Shown here piece after piece: positions 9,332-18,126 of a stretch of 32,414 nt of DNA; within the stretch, counting starts at the first letter, position 1, and each line of letters starts with the position of its first letter. The notes under the pieces were generated by a model. It did no database searches and was not told the origin of the DNA. It saw nothing but the letters and a program-made list of their open reading frames with translations. Source of the stretch: a virus. Lineage: Duplodnaviria; Caudoviricetes. The stretch lies in the IMG/VR virus record IMGVR_UViG_3300017774_002082, positions 1 to 32,414 of that record. One strand, written 5' to 3'. The translations under genes were made by a program, and so were the position numbers.

Positions 9332-10008
9332 ATATTCAAAGTGCATTTTTTATCTATCAGCATATGGGATTGGGTGATCACTTAATATGCAATGGTCTGA
9401 TTCGTAAATTGATTCGTCCCGATCAACAGTATTGGATGTTTGTTAAGCCGCACAACATTGGTTCTGTGGCTTATATGTATCGAGATATTTCAAACTTGGG
9501 TTTTATTAAATGTGATGACGCAAGTGCCATATCATTCATAAATCACAATCAAGTTGCTGACCGATTATATTTGATTGGTTTCAGGTGGGTTGATATGAGT
9601 AGAAGTTTTGAAGACAACTTTTATTTGCAACACAAAGTAAGCATCAATGAAAAGTGGAACTCCTTTAGATGTGATCGTGATGTTGAGTTGGAAAAGACCA
9701 TATACGATCATTACAATATAAAAGAACCGTACATATTCGTTCACGATGATTATCGTTACAAATTGGATGAAACTAGATTTCCTAAAGGGATGCGTATCAT
9801 TCGTCCCGAAATAGGACTAGTTGACAACATCTTTGCTTACGCCACAGTAATGGAGAGAGCAAATCAGATTCATTGCATGGAGAGTTGTTTTGGGTTCATG
9901 GCAGACAACATGGGACTCAATAAAGAACTGTTCATGCACAGATATTGTCGAAACCCGCCGCAGTTTGAAATACCACTATACCGAAATGTAAAGGAAATAT
10001 TGACATGA
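9328..10008 (+). CDS. Putative glycosyltransferase-like protein (GT-B-like N-terminus)
   Basis: HMGLGDHLICNG N-terminal motif, YIFVHDD, IHCMES; island context. Confidence 0.55.
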   Translation: MNIQSAFFIYQHMGLGDHLICNGLIRKLIRPDQQYWMFVKPHNIGSVAYMYRDISNLGFIKCDDASAISFINHNQVADRLYLIGFRWVDMSRSFEDNFYLQHKVSINEKWNSFRCDRDVELEKTIYDHYNIKEPYIFVHDDYRYKLDETRFPKGMRIIRPEIGLVDNIFAYATVMERANQIHCMESCFGFMADNMGLNKELFMHRYCRNPPQFEIPLYRNVKEILT

Positions 10009-11021
10009 AAGCAGCAGTACTAGAAAAGATCAATTCGCCTCTAGTGATCAAGGATGTGGACTTCACTCCTCTTAAAGTCGGTCAGGTTAAAGTTAAGGTT
10101 CTTGTCAGCGGTCTTTGCGGAGCGCAACTACAAGAGATTGCTGGATTAAAGGGCAACGAGAAGTTTGTTCCGCATCTTCTTGGACATGAGGGATGTGGTA
10201 TTGTCGAAGAAGTTGGAGATGGTGTTACTCGCGTGAAGGTTGGCGATAAAGTAGTCATGCACTGGCGAGTTGGTTCTGGAATAGAGGCTCCTTTTCCATC
10301 GTATGTGATCGAAGGAAAGACCATTTCAAGCGGTAAAGTTACCACATTGAGCGAATACTCTATTGTTTCGGAAAATAGGCTTACTGTTGTTCCTGCTGAT
10401 ACGGATGAATATCTTTGTGCCTTGCTTGGCTGCGGACTGACCACTGCTCTTGGAACAATCAACAATGAGGTCGATCTCAAATTCGGTGAAAGCATTATGA
10501 TTGTTGGATGCGGTGGAGTCGGCTTGAATCTGATTCAAGGAGCAAGGATGGCTAGTGCCTATCCTATCATTGGACTGGATATTTCAGAAGATAAGCAACA
10601 ACTGGCGCTGACTGCTGGTGCTAGTGTTTTTGTGAACGCAAACCGAATGGCTGATGAAATGAAGGGACAAAAGGTTGATGTCATTATTGACACGACAGGA
10701 AACCCTGATACAATTGCTACAACGATGCAGTACCTATCCGACAGAGGAAGATATGTCTTGGTTGGTCAACCAAAGCCTGATCAGGCTGTTAGCATTCCAA
10801 ATGCCAGCACATTATTTGGCGGAAATGGAAAGGTCATCAAGGCTACCCAAGGCGGAAAGACATCGCCTAATGAAGACATTGCGCGATATGTAAAATTGTA
10901 TAAGGCAGGAATGCTGAACATCAGAAGCATCATCACGCATGAGTATACGCTTGACGAGATAAATACTGCTGTAGATGTTCTCCGTAGTGGCAAGGCTGGA
11001 CGCATTATGATAAGGATGTGA
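10005..11021 (+). CDS. Zinc-binding (MDR family) alcohol/sugar dehydrogenase
   Basis: SGLCG, LLGHEGCG catalytic Zn motif, VKVGDKV, LLGCGLTT, GCGGVG Rossmann motif; lacks the 4-Cys structural Zn lobe. Confidence 0.93.
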   Translation: MKAAVLEKINSPLVIKDVDFTPLKVGQVKVKVLVSGLCGAQLQEIAGLKGNEKFVPHLLGHEGCGIVEEVGDGVTRVKVGDKVVMHWRVGSGIEAPFPSYVIEGKTISSGKVTTLSEYSIVSENRLTVVPADTDEYLCALLGCGLTTALGTINNEVDLKFGESIMIVGCGGVGLNLIQGARMASAYPIIGLDISEDKQQLALTAGASVFVNANRMADEMKGQKVDVIIDTTGNPDTIATTMQYLSDRGRYVLVGQPKPDQAVSIPNASTLFGGNGKVIKATQGGKTSPNEDIARYVKLYKAGMLNIRSIITHEYTLDEINTAVDVLRSGKAGRIMIRM

Positions 11022-11024
11022 ACA

Positions 11025-11993
11025 ATGGACAAGTTGATTGACGCATATCGCAAGATGTTTTTGATTCATTCTGCTGAAGAGCAGATGGCACAGCATTACA
11101 TTGACAACAAAATCTTCAGCATAGTTCACCTGTATGTTGGTCAGGAGGCTATCGCTGTTGGGGTCGCAAGCAACCTCAAGCACGAAGACAAGATGATCGG
11201 TAATCACCGCTCACACGGTCACTACTTGGCAAAGGGTGGCAGTCTTCACGGAATGGTTGCTGAAATGCTTGGCAAGAAGACGGGTTGTTGTCATGGAAAA
11301 GGCGGATCAATGCACATGATTGATCGTTCTGTGAATTTCATTGGCAGCACTCCTATTCTAGGAAGCGCAATTGGTCTTGCAAGTGGAATGGCATTTGCTG
11401 AAAAGTTTCAGCATACAGATAACATTGTTGTCTGCTTTTTGGGAGATGGTGCTTCTGAAGAGGGAGTCGTTTACGAAAGCATCAATCTTGCAAGTCTGTT
11501 CAAACTTCCACTGCTTGTGGTTATTGAAGACAACAACTATTCGATCAATAGCGTAAAGCGCGATAGACGATCAGAAAAATATGATGTCCCGACTATAGTA
11601 AAGGGACTTGGTGCAAACTACTTCAAGGCTGACGGAAATGATTTTTTCAGCGTGTCCGAAAACTGTGCGGAAGCAATCAAGAGCATAAAGGAAACGAATA
11701 TTCCTTCTATTCTTCATTGCAATGTATTTCGTCATCGTTCCCACAGTTCTCCGCTATATGATGATAAGGACAAGACTTCTTGGTATAGAGATCAGCATGA
11801 TACTTATGAAAATCGGTTGAAGGCTTGTCCCCTAAAGAAGATGCGAGATCACCTGATTTCAAAAGGAATCGAAGCATCAGCATTGGATGAAATCGAACAG
11901 ACGGTTCTACAGGAAATAAGAGATTCGATTGCTAAGTGCCAGATTGAATCAGACCCCGTGAAAGAGGATCTATACACCCATGTCTACGAATAA
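11025..11993 (+). CDS. ThDP-dependent dehydrogenase E1 alpha subunit (PDH/acetoin DH family)
   Basis: HLYVGQEA, HRSHGHYLAKG, GKGGSMH, GDGASEEG...EDNNY ThDP-binding motif, R..HS. Confidence 0.93.
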   Translation: MDKLIDAYRKMFLIHSAEEQMAQHYIDNKIFSIVHLYVGQEAIAVGVASNLKHEDKMIGNHRSHGHYLAKGGSLHGMVAEMLGKKTGCCHGKGGSMHMIDRSVNFIGSTPILGSAIGLASGMAFAEKFQHTDNIVVCFLGDGASEEGVVYESINLASLFKLPLLVVIEDNNYSINSVKRDRRSEKYDVPTIVKGLGANYFKADGNDFFSVSENCAEAIKSIKETNIPSILHCNVFRHRSHSSPLYDDKDKTSWYRDQHDTYENRLKACPLKKMRDHLISKGIEASALDEIEQTVLQEIRDSIAKCQIESDPVKEDLYTHVYE

Positions 11994-13011
11994 TCGTGTC
12001 ATTAGTTATGGAGATGCCATCAAAGAGGCAATTTCTCAATCAATTCAGCGTGATCCTCGTGTTTACATCATGGGTCTTGGAGCAAACTATGTCTCTGCTC
12101 CTGGACTAAAAAACATCTACCCTGATCGGGTGTTCGATACACCGAACTCCGAGTTTTCTACTACCCTTTCTTGTGTTGGAGCAGCAATCAATGGTCTTCG
12201 TCCGATCATACAGCATGATCGCGTTGAGTTTGGCTTGTTTGGTATTGATGCTATTGTCACTCAAGCAGCAAAGTGGAACTACAGTTTTGGTGGAGACAAT
12301 CCTGTTCCTGTGGTGATTCGTCTTCTAGTTGGAAGGCAATGGGGAACTGGACCACAGCACTCCCAATCACTCTATTCCATGTTTGGAAATACCACTGGTC
12401 TGAAATGCGTAATCCCGTCAACTCCAGTTATGGCAAAGGGATTGATTGCTGCTGCCATAGAAGACAACAATCCAGTTGTTGTCTTGGAGCATCTGTGGGT
12501 GAAGAATATAAAGCAGGAGGTTTCAGAGGAGTATTACACGAAGCCTCTAGGAAAGAGTGTAGTTGCAAAAGAAGGAAGAGATGTGACAGTTGTCGCTTAT
12601 GCAGACGGATTTATTGATTCGATGAAGGCAATTCGGATGATCGAAGACTCTGGCGTTAGCGTTGAGTTGATTGATCTAGTGAGCGTTAATCCCGTTGACT
12701 ATCCAACAATCATAGAATCCGTCCGCAAGACAGGAAGACTTATCACAGTGGACACTTGCAATGACGCATTCAATATCGGGTCTGAAATTGTATCCCGCGT
12801 TTGTATTGATGCTTTCGCATCACTCAAATGCTCTCCTGTGAAGTTGGCTGCTCCGAATGTACCAGTTCCTACATCGCACCATCTTACAAAGCATTACTAT
12901 CCGACCAAGGCTTCTATCGCTGATGCTATTTTGGAGATGGTTGGCAAGCAGCCGCTATCATATGAACTATCATTCGATGAACTGAACTTTGGTCCAAAGG
13001 ATACGATTTGA
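11980..13011 (+). CDS. ThDP-dependent dehydrogenase E1 beta subunit
   Basis: RVFDTPNSE, GLRPI, GPQHSQS, AKGL..AAIED.NPVV.LEH, ELIDL..V.P.D...I.ESVRKTGRL. Confidence 0.93.
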   Translation: MSTNNRVISYGDAIKEAISQSIQRDPRVYIMGLGANYVSAPGLKNIYPDRVFDTPNSEFSTTLSCVGAAINGLRPIIQHDRVEFGLFGIDAIVTQAAKWNYSFGGDNPVPVVIRLLVGRQWGTGPQHSQSLYSMFGNTTGLKCVIPSTPVMAKGLIAAAIEDNNPVVVLEHLWVKNIKQEVSEEYYTKPLGKSVVAKEGRDVTVVAYADGFIDSMKAIRMIEDSGVSVELIDLVSVNPVDYPTIIESVRKTGRLITVDTCNDAFNIGSEIVSRVCIDAFASLKCSPVKLAAPNVPVPTSHHLTKHYYPTKASIADAILEMVGKQPLSYELSFDELNFGPKDTI

Positions 13012-13745
13012 TAAACGAACCTGCAAAAATTCTAATAATTGGTGATAGTTGTCGTGATGTATTTGTTTATTGCGACTGCACTAGACTTTGCCCAGATGCT
13101 CCTGTTCCTGTTTTGAACATTGTTCAGCAAACAGAAAATCCTGGCATGGCAGCGAATGTGCAGAGAAATATTCTAAAGTACAAAAAGTGCGACTTGCACA
13201 CCAACACTAAATGGTGGGATATCACCAAAACCCGATATGTTCATCAAAACACGAATCATATGTTCATGCGAGTGGATAGTCCTTCTACTATTTTAGAAAT
13301 CAATCTGGACGATCTTCATTTGAACTATGATCTTGTCGTTGTATCGGACTACAACAAGGGGTTTCTTTCCGAAAGAGACATCACATACATTTGCGAACAG
13401 CATCCATGTGTGTTTTTGGACACGAAGAAAATTCTTGGTAGTTGGGCAAGTAATGCCATGTACATCAAGATAAACGATTACGAGTACAGAAATTCCAAGT
13501 CATTCATTACCCCCAATATACAATCGAAAATCATCCGTACTATGGGCGGGGATGGTTGTGAGTTCCAAGGTAAACGCTATCCTGTTAGCAAGGCTGAAGT
13601 AAAGGACACATCTGGTGCGGGAGACAGTTTCATGGCTGCTCTATGTGTTAAATTCTTGGACACGCAAGACATATACGAGTCGATCAAGTTTGCTAACTTT
13701 TGCGCCTCTGAAGTGGTTAAGCATCGGGGAGTGACTACAATATGA
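13008..13745 (+). CDS. PfkB-family kinase, stand-alone HldE/RfaE domain I (heptose-7-phosphate kinase-like)
   Basis: IIGD...D.FVY....RLCPDAPVPV, GMAANV, KTRY, VVSDYNKGFL, DTSGAGDSF; TTG start. Confidence 0.88.
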   Translation: MINEPAKILIIGDSCRDVFVYCDCTRLCPDAPVPVLNIVQQTENPGMAANVQRNILKYKKCDLHTNTKWWDITKTRYVHQNTNHMFMRVDSPSTILEINLDDLHLNYDLVVVSDYNKGFLSERDITYICEQHPCVFLDTKKILGSWASNAMYIKINDYEYRNSKSFITPNIQSKIIRTMGGDGCEFQGKRYPVSKAEVKDTSGAGDSFMAALCVKFLDTQDIYESIKFANFCASEVVKHRGVTTI

Positions 13746-14611
13746 AGACTGCTGTGATCCCAACTAGAAACGACAACTATGGTTTATTTCTTGCTGAAAG
13801 ATCAATTCAGTGCATAAACTCAATGACATCTGTGTTTGATGAGGTGATTCTTGTTGATTGGAACTCGCCTCACGATTTGCCTTTGTTTTCTCAAATAAAA
13901 GAGCATCTGATTCCAACAAAAAAGATCAGGAGCATAGTTGTTCCAAAGGTATTCGTGCAATCACATTTTCCCGATCCCAACATACAGCCATGCTGTGAAG
14001 TTCTTGCTCGGAATATTGGCATACGAAGAGCAAAGCACGATTGGATAGTGTCAACAAATATTGATGTAATCCCGTCGCAGTTTGATGAAGGAACATTAGA
14101 TCCGTCTACTCTGTATGCTGTTGCAAAGTACAATGTTCCCGATCAGGTTCATCTTACGCAGTTGATCTGCCTGAAAGATGAACACAAGATACAAGTTCTA
14201 AAAGAGAACAAGCACAACATGGAAAGAATGAAACGCTGCTATGCGTATCGTGATTACTATGGAAATGATGTTCCGTGGGAACGGTTTTCGATATGCGTAG
14301 GAACTGGCGATTTTCAGGTCGGACACAGAAATGTGTGGAGTTCTATTCGTGGATTTGAAGAAAAAATGTTGTATCGGTGCTATAGTGATGGAAATGTCAT
14401 GGTCAAGGCTGCAAATTTTGATGGTCTAAAAACTAGCGAGTTGGATATAGATGTCTTTCATCTGGATCACAAAAACAACCCTTATTTTTGGAAAAAAGAT
14501 CAGTCTACTCATCGGAACAACATAGAAGATGCTTTTGTAAAATACAAAACAACACAAAACACTGAAGACTGGGGATTGAGCAGTGTAGAATTTGAAGAGG
14601 AAATATACTGA
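13742..14611 (+). CDS. Glycosyltransferase, GT2-like
   Basis: RNDNYG, VILVDWNS, ARNIGIRRA..DWIVSTNID, GDFQ, RGFEE, FHLDH. Confidence 0.75.
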   Translation: MKTAVIPTRNDNYGLFLAERSIQCINSMTSVFDEVILVDWNSPHDLPLFSQIKEHLIPTKKIRSIVVPKVFVQSHFPDPNIQPCCEVLARNIGIRRAKHDWIVSTNIDVIPSQFDEGTLDPSTLYAVAKYNVPDQVHLTQLICLKDEHKIQVLKENKHNMERMKRCYAYRDYYGNDVPWERFSICVGTGDFQVGHRNVWSSIRGFEEKMLYRCYSDGNVMVKAANFDGLKTSELDIDVFHLDHKNNPYFWKKDQSTHRNNIEDAFVKYKTTQNTEDWGLSSVEFEEEIY

Positions 14612-15177
14612 TGCAACATCACATAGATCAAATACTGAAAACAACGGTAGATGGTGACTGGGATTCTGATCAGTTGTCTGCTGCTATATTTGGAATTGGC
14701 GTTACAACAAGAGGCAAAAACTTTTTGGAATTGGGAGTCAGGCACGGAAGATCAACTCTACCGCTACTCACAGCCGCTAATATCCTAAAGGGTCATCTCA
14801 CATCTGTTGATATTGAAGACCCGTTATTCGTTTGTCCAGATGATCTCAAGGACTCTTGGACATTCGTCAAATCGGATGCCATTCAATTTCTAAATCAAAA
14901 TACTTCTCGCTACGATCTAATTTTTATTGATGATTGGCATGACGGCATTCATGTAAGAAAAGAGATCGACCTTATAGAACCGTATTGCGACAAAAATACG
15001 GTAATACTTCTCCATGATCTCATGGCTAGAACCCATCCGAATTACAACACAGATGATGGATGCGGTGAGTTTGGAAACGGCGGACCATTTGCCGCAGTAT
15101 ACGGTCTTGATTCTGATGTTTGGGAATTCTCTACTCTTCCGTTTTGCAATGGACTCACTATATTGAGGAAGTACTAA
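14611..15177 (+). CDS. Class I SAM-dependent methyltransferase (Methyltransf_24-like)
   Basis: FLELGVRHGRST, LTSVDI, DLIFIDDWH, ILLHD, NGLTILRK. Confidence 0.88.
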   Translation: MQHHIDQILKTTVDGDWDSDQLSAAIFGIGVTTRGKNFLELGVRHGRSTLPLLTAANILKGHLTSVDIEDPLFVCPDDLKDSWTFVKSDAIQFLNQNTSRYDLIFIDDWHDGIHVRKEIDLIEPYCDKNTVILLHDLMARTHPNYNTDDGCGEFGNGGPFAAVYGLDSDVWEFSTLPFCNGLTILRKY

Positions 15178-16025
15178 TGCGATATTTGATACTTGGTTCT
15201 TCTGGACAAATCGGTAGTCATCTGACAAAATTTCTGATTGATCGTGGACACATCGTTGACAGTTTTGATATAGTCCTGTCAGAAGATCACGACATCAGAA
15301 AATATCCAAATGATCTTTTGAAGGAAAAGATGGATGCGGCGGATTTTGTCTATTTTCTAGCGTTTGATGTTGGTGGAGCAAGATACTTGAAACGGTATCA
15401 AGATACCTATCAGTTCATAGACAACAATATCAAAATAATGAACACCGCGTTTCATTATCTGAACGAATCAAAAAAGCCTTTCGTATTCGCATCGTCACAG
15501 ATGTCTAGCATGGAGTATTCTTCATATGGAACTCTGAAGAGACTCGGTGAACGCTATACAAGATCACTGAATGGTTTGGTTGCTAGATTCTGGAATGTGT
15601 ATGGTATTGAAAACGACGAAGAGAAATCTCATGTCATAACTGACTTCATAAAGAAGGCTATCAATACTGGAACTATTGACATGATGACAGATGGAATGGA
15701 AGAGCGTCAGTTTCTATATGCGGATGACTGCTGCGAGTGCCTATATCAACTGTCTATGATTTACGATTCGATTGATAGATCGGAAGATTTTCATGTGTCT
15801 AGTTTTGAGTGGGTGAAAATACTGGACATTGCGAAGATCGTTCAATCCAACATACCGTGTGATGTAGTTCCATCCGTGGATGGCGATTGCGTTCAGCGAA
15901 ACGCAAGAAATGATCCCAATACAAACATCTTGAACTACTGGAAACCAAAGACCAGTATTTCCGATGGAATAAAGTTCATGTGTGATTGCTACAGTTCAAT
16001 TTTGAAAGATGATGCGATACTATGA
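15177..16025 (+). CDS. NAD-dependent nucleotide-sugar epimerase/dehydratase (extended SDR)
   Basis: ILGSSGQIG, DVGGARYL, FASS, YGTLK (YxxxK), RFWNVYG, G.EERQFLYADDC. Confidence 0.9.
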   Translation: MRYLILGSSGQIGSHLTKFLIDRGHIVDSFDIVLSEDHDIRKYPNDLLKEKMDAADFVYFLAFDVGGARYLKRYQDTYQFIDNNIKIMNTAFHYLNESKKPFVFASSQMSSMEYSSYGTLKRLGERYTRSLNGLVARFWNVYGIENDEEKSHVITDFIKKAINTGTIDMMTDGMEERQFLYADDCCECLYQLSMIYDSIDRSEDFHVSSFEWVKILDIAKIVQSNIPCDVVPSVDGDCVQRNARNDPNTNILNYWKPKTSISDGIKFMCDCYSSILKDDAIL

Positions 16026-16924
16026 TTATCGTGACTGGAGCGCAGGGGTTTATTGGCAGCGTAATGGTTGGACATCTGAATCGAATGGGTCACGATGATG
16101 TCGTTGCTATTGATGATTTTGATGTGGATACACAGCGCGGATATGCTATTCGTGCAAACTATACCAACTTACAAAAGTGTAAGTTGCAGTCGATTCATCC
16201 GATATCATTGGATACAGAATCAATACTTCCATCAGGCAACATTCGTGGAGTGTTTCATTTTGGAGCAATATCTAATACTCTTGAACGAGATGTAAGCAAG
16301 ATTGACTACTACAATATCAAATACACGCAAGCACTCGCAGAAGTCTGCAAACAAAGATCCATTCCGATGGTATTCAGTTCGTCTGCTGCGGTATACGGTC
16401 ACGGAAATGGTCCAGTGAATGCGTATGCACAGTCAAAACTAGACAGCGAACGAGCCATCAGCGATGGAGCAGTGTGCCTCCGATTCTTCAATGTGTACGG
16501 TCCAAACGAGTACCACAAGGGCAGGATGTCTTCTGTGATCCTCAAGTGGTACAACGAACTGAAGCAGACAGGGAGAATCAAGATATTTGAGAACTCTGCG
16601 GACTACAGACGCGACTTCATCTATGTTGAAGATGTTTGCAAAGTTGCATACAATGCGTTTGAAAATCCCCGAGCAGGAGTGTATGATCTTGGCACAGGCA
16701 CCGCAGAGAGTTTTGAAAGCGTTGCCGATTGTGTGATGCGGTCATTTGGAGGTGGTGAAAAGGAGTACATTCCCATGCCCGAAGACCTGCAATCACAGTA
16801 TCAGCGGAACACGAAGGCAGACACAACGGCAATACGCTCTATGGGTTGGGCTGATGCCTTTACTAGCCTTGAGAGCGGAGTACAGAAGTACTTTGATTAC
16901 TTGGTAAATCATTCTTATATGTGA
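16022..16924 (+). CDS. hldD: ADP-L-glycero-D-manno-heptose 6-epimerase-like SDR
   Basis: MIIVTGAQGFIGS, FHFGAISNT.E, SSAAVYG, NAYAQSK, LRFFNVYGPNEYHKGRMSSV, RDFIYVEDV, YQ..TKAD: diagnostic HldD/RfaD motifs. Confidence 0.9.
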   Translation: MIIVTGAQGFIGSVMVGHLNRMGHDDVVAIDDFDVDTQRGYAIRANYTNLQKCKLQSIHPISLDTESILPSGNIRGVFHFGAISNTLERDVSKIDYYNIKYTQALAEVCKQRSIPMVFSSSAAVYGHGNGPVNAYAQSKLDSERAISDGAVCLRFFNVYGPNEYHKGRMSSVILKWYNELKQTGRIKIFENSADYRRDFIYVEDVCKVAYNAFENPRAGVYDLGTGTAESFESVADCVMRSFGGGEKEYIPMPEDLQSQYQRNTKADTTAIRSMGWADAFTSLESGVQKYFDYLVNHSYM

Positions 16925-16935
16925 AAGGACTGTAT

Positions 16936-17307
16936 ATGATGAACAGCAAGAAACTGCGATCCGAGATTGTGCCAAAGGGTTGGGGAAACGAAATCATCTT
17001 TGCCAATAATGAGAAGTACTGTGGGAAGTTGTTGAACTTCACGGCGGGCAAGAAGTTCAGTATGCACTATCATCTGCTGAAGGATGAGACATGGTATGTT
17101 GCACGCGGACGATTCAAACTCATTTGGATTGATCCTGCTACTGCAAAGCAGCATTGGGAACTTCTCGAAGTGGGTGATGTAATTCATAATCTACCAGGGT
17201 ATCCGCACCAATTGGAAGCATTGGAAGACGCGACAATATTTGAAGTTTCTACGCAACACTTTGACAACGACAGTTACCGTGTTGCTCCAGGAGATAGTCA
17301 GGGATGA
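16936..17307 (+). CDS. Cupin-domain protein (sugar isomerase-like)
   Basis: VPKGWG.E, YCGKLL, FSMHYH..KDETWYV..G, PHQL.A, EVST.HF..DSYRV..GD; AAGGA RBS favours ATG 16936. Confidence 0.85.
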   Translation: MMNSKKLRSEIVPKGWGNEIIFANNEKYCGKLLNFTAGKKFSMHYHLLKDETWYVARGRFKLIWIDPATAKQHWELLEVGDVIHNLPGYPHQLEALEDATIFEVSTQHFDNDSYRVAPGDSQG

Positions 17308-17603
17308 GATACGCATTTGATATTGACAACACCCTAGTACACACCGTGGGAAGCGACTACGAAAACTCAACACCCATACAGCACAGAATAGACAGGGTAA
17401 ATCGTCTGTACGATGAGGGGCATATGATACTGCTCTTCACGGCAAGAGGTTCTGCTTCAGGCAGGGATCTTTACGAGTTTACAGTGAAGCAGATTCACGA
17501 TTTTGGAATCAAGCACCACAAGATCATTATGGGAAAGCCCGATGTTGATCTATTCATTGACGACAAGGCTATATCGGTTGCGGAGTGGGATAAGAGAGAA
17601 TGA
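17304..17603 (+). CDS. Small HAD-superfamily phosphatase (capsule biosynthesis type)
   Basis: FDIDNTL (DxD), FTARG, MGKP..DLFIDDKA. Confidence 0.88.
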   Translation: MRYAFDIDNTLVHTVGSDYENSTPIQHRIDRVNRLYDEGHMILLFTARGSASGRDLYEFTVKQIHDFGIKHHKIIMGKPDVDLFIDDKAISVAEWDKRE

Positions 17604-18040
17604 AAGTATTTTATGGAAAGTACAACTCTGAATCGACAGGTGTAGTGTGGACGAATGGTTGCTATGATGTACTCCATATAGGTCATGTTCGTATGTTCGA
17701 CCATTGCAAAAAAATAGCAGAGGAACGATCCTGTTCTTTCTTTGTGGGAATAGATTCTGATCGTAGGGTGAAGGAAATGAAGGGATCTAACAGACCCATA
17801 AATAGTGAAAACGACAGGGCTGAATTTTTACTGTCTATCAAGAGTGTTGATCGTGTCTACATATACGACAATACGGAAGAACTAGAAAACATAATTCGTA
17901 TTCTGACACCTGATGTGATGGTGATAGGCGATGAATACAAGACCAAAACTGTGGTTGGATCGTCTTACTCAAAATCCATTGTTTTTTTCCCGAAGATAGT
18001 TGGTTATTCAACATCCAACATACTATCGAAGATTGATTAG
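17600..18040 (+). CDS. Nucleotidyltransferase, stand-alone HldE/RfaE domain II-like (heptose-1-P adenylyltransferase / cytidylyltransferase family)
   Basis: WTNGCYDVLHIGH (HxGH), VGIDSD.RV...KG..RPIN...DR, G.EY, GYSTSNI. Confidence 0.88.
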   Translation: MKVFYGKYNSESTGVVWTNGCYDVLHIGHVRMFDHCKKIAEERSCSFFVGIDSDRRVKEMKGSNRPINSENDRAEFLLSIKSVDRVYIYDNTEELENIIRILTPDVMVIGDEYKTKTVVGSSYSKSIVFFPKIVGYSTSNILSKID

Positions 18041-18055
18041 TCATCGGAGATTATT

Positions 18056-18079
18056 ATGAAAGCACTAGTAACAGGTTGA
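18056..18079 (+). pseudogene. Remnant 5' end of an SDR/epimerase gene (MKALVTG-stop)
   Basis: GGAGA RBS at 18046-18050, then ATG AAA GCA CTA GTA ACA GGT TGA, the start of a Rossmann MKxLVTGGxG motif, at the end of the AT-rich island. Confidence 0.55.
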
Positions 18080-18095
18080 AAACTGGATTGCCGAG

Positions 18096-18103
18096 CATAA
18101 ATA
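18096..18103 (+). promoter_or_regulatory. T4-type late promoter CATAAATA
   Basis: Intergenic, about 24 nt before ATG 18127, with an AAGGAG RBS between. Confidence 0.7.
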
Positions 18104-18126
18104 ACCGTACAAGGAGATCGTGAACA

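Noticed and set aside
11025-13011. Reading E1 alpha/beta as a central-carbon pyruvate dehydrogenase AMG
   Set aside because: No E2/E3 in the window and the genes are embedded in a nucleotide-sugar operon.
17797-17804. CATAAATA inside the nucleotidyltransferase gene
   Set aside because: Encodes the conserved RPIN motif in an AT-rich gene; no gene start close by.
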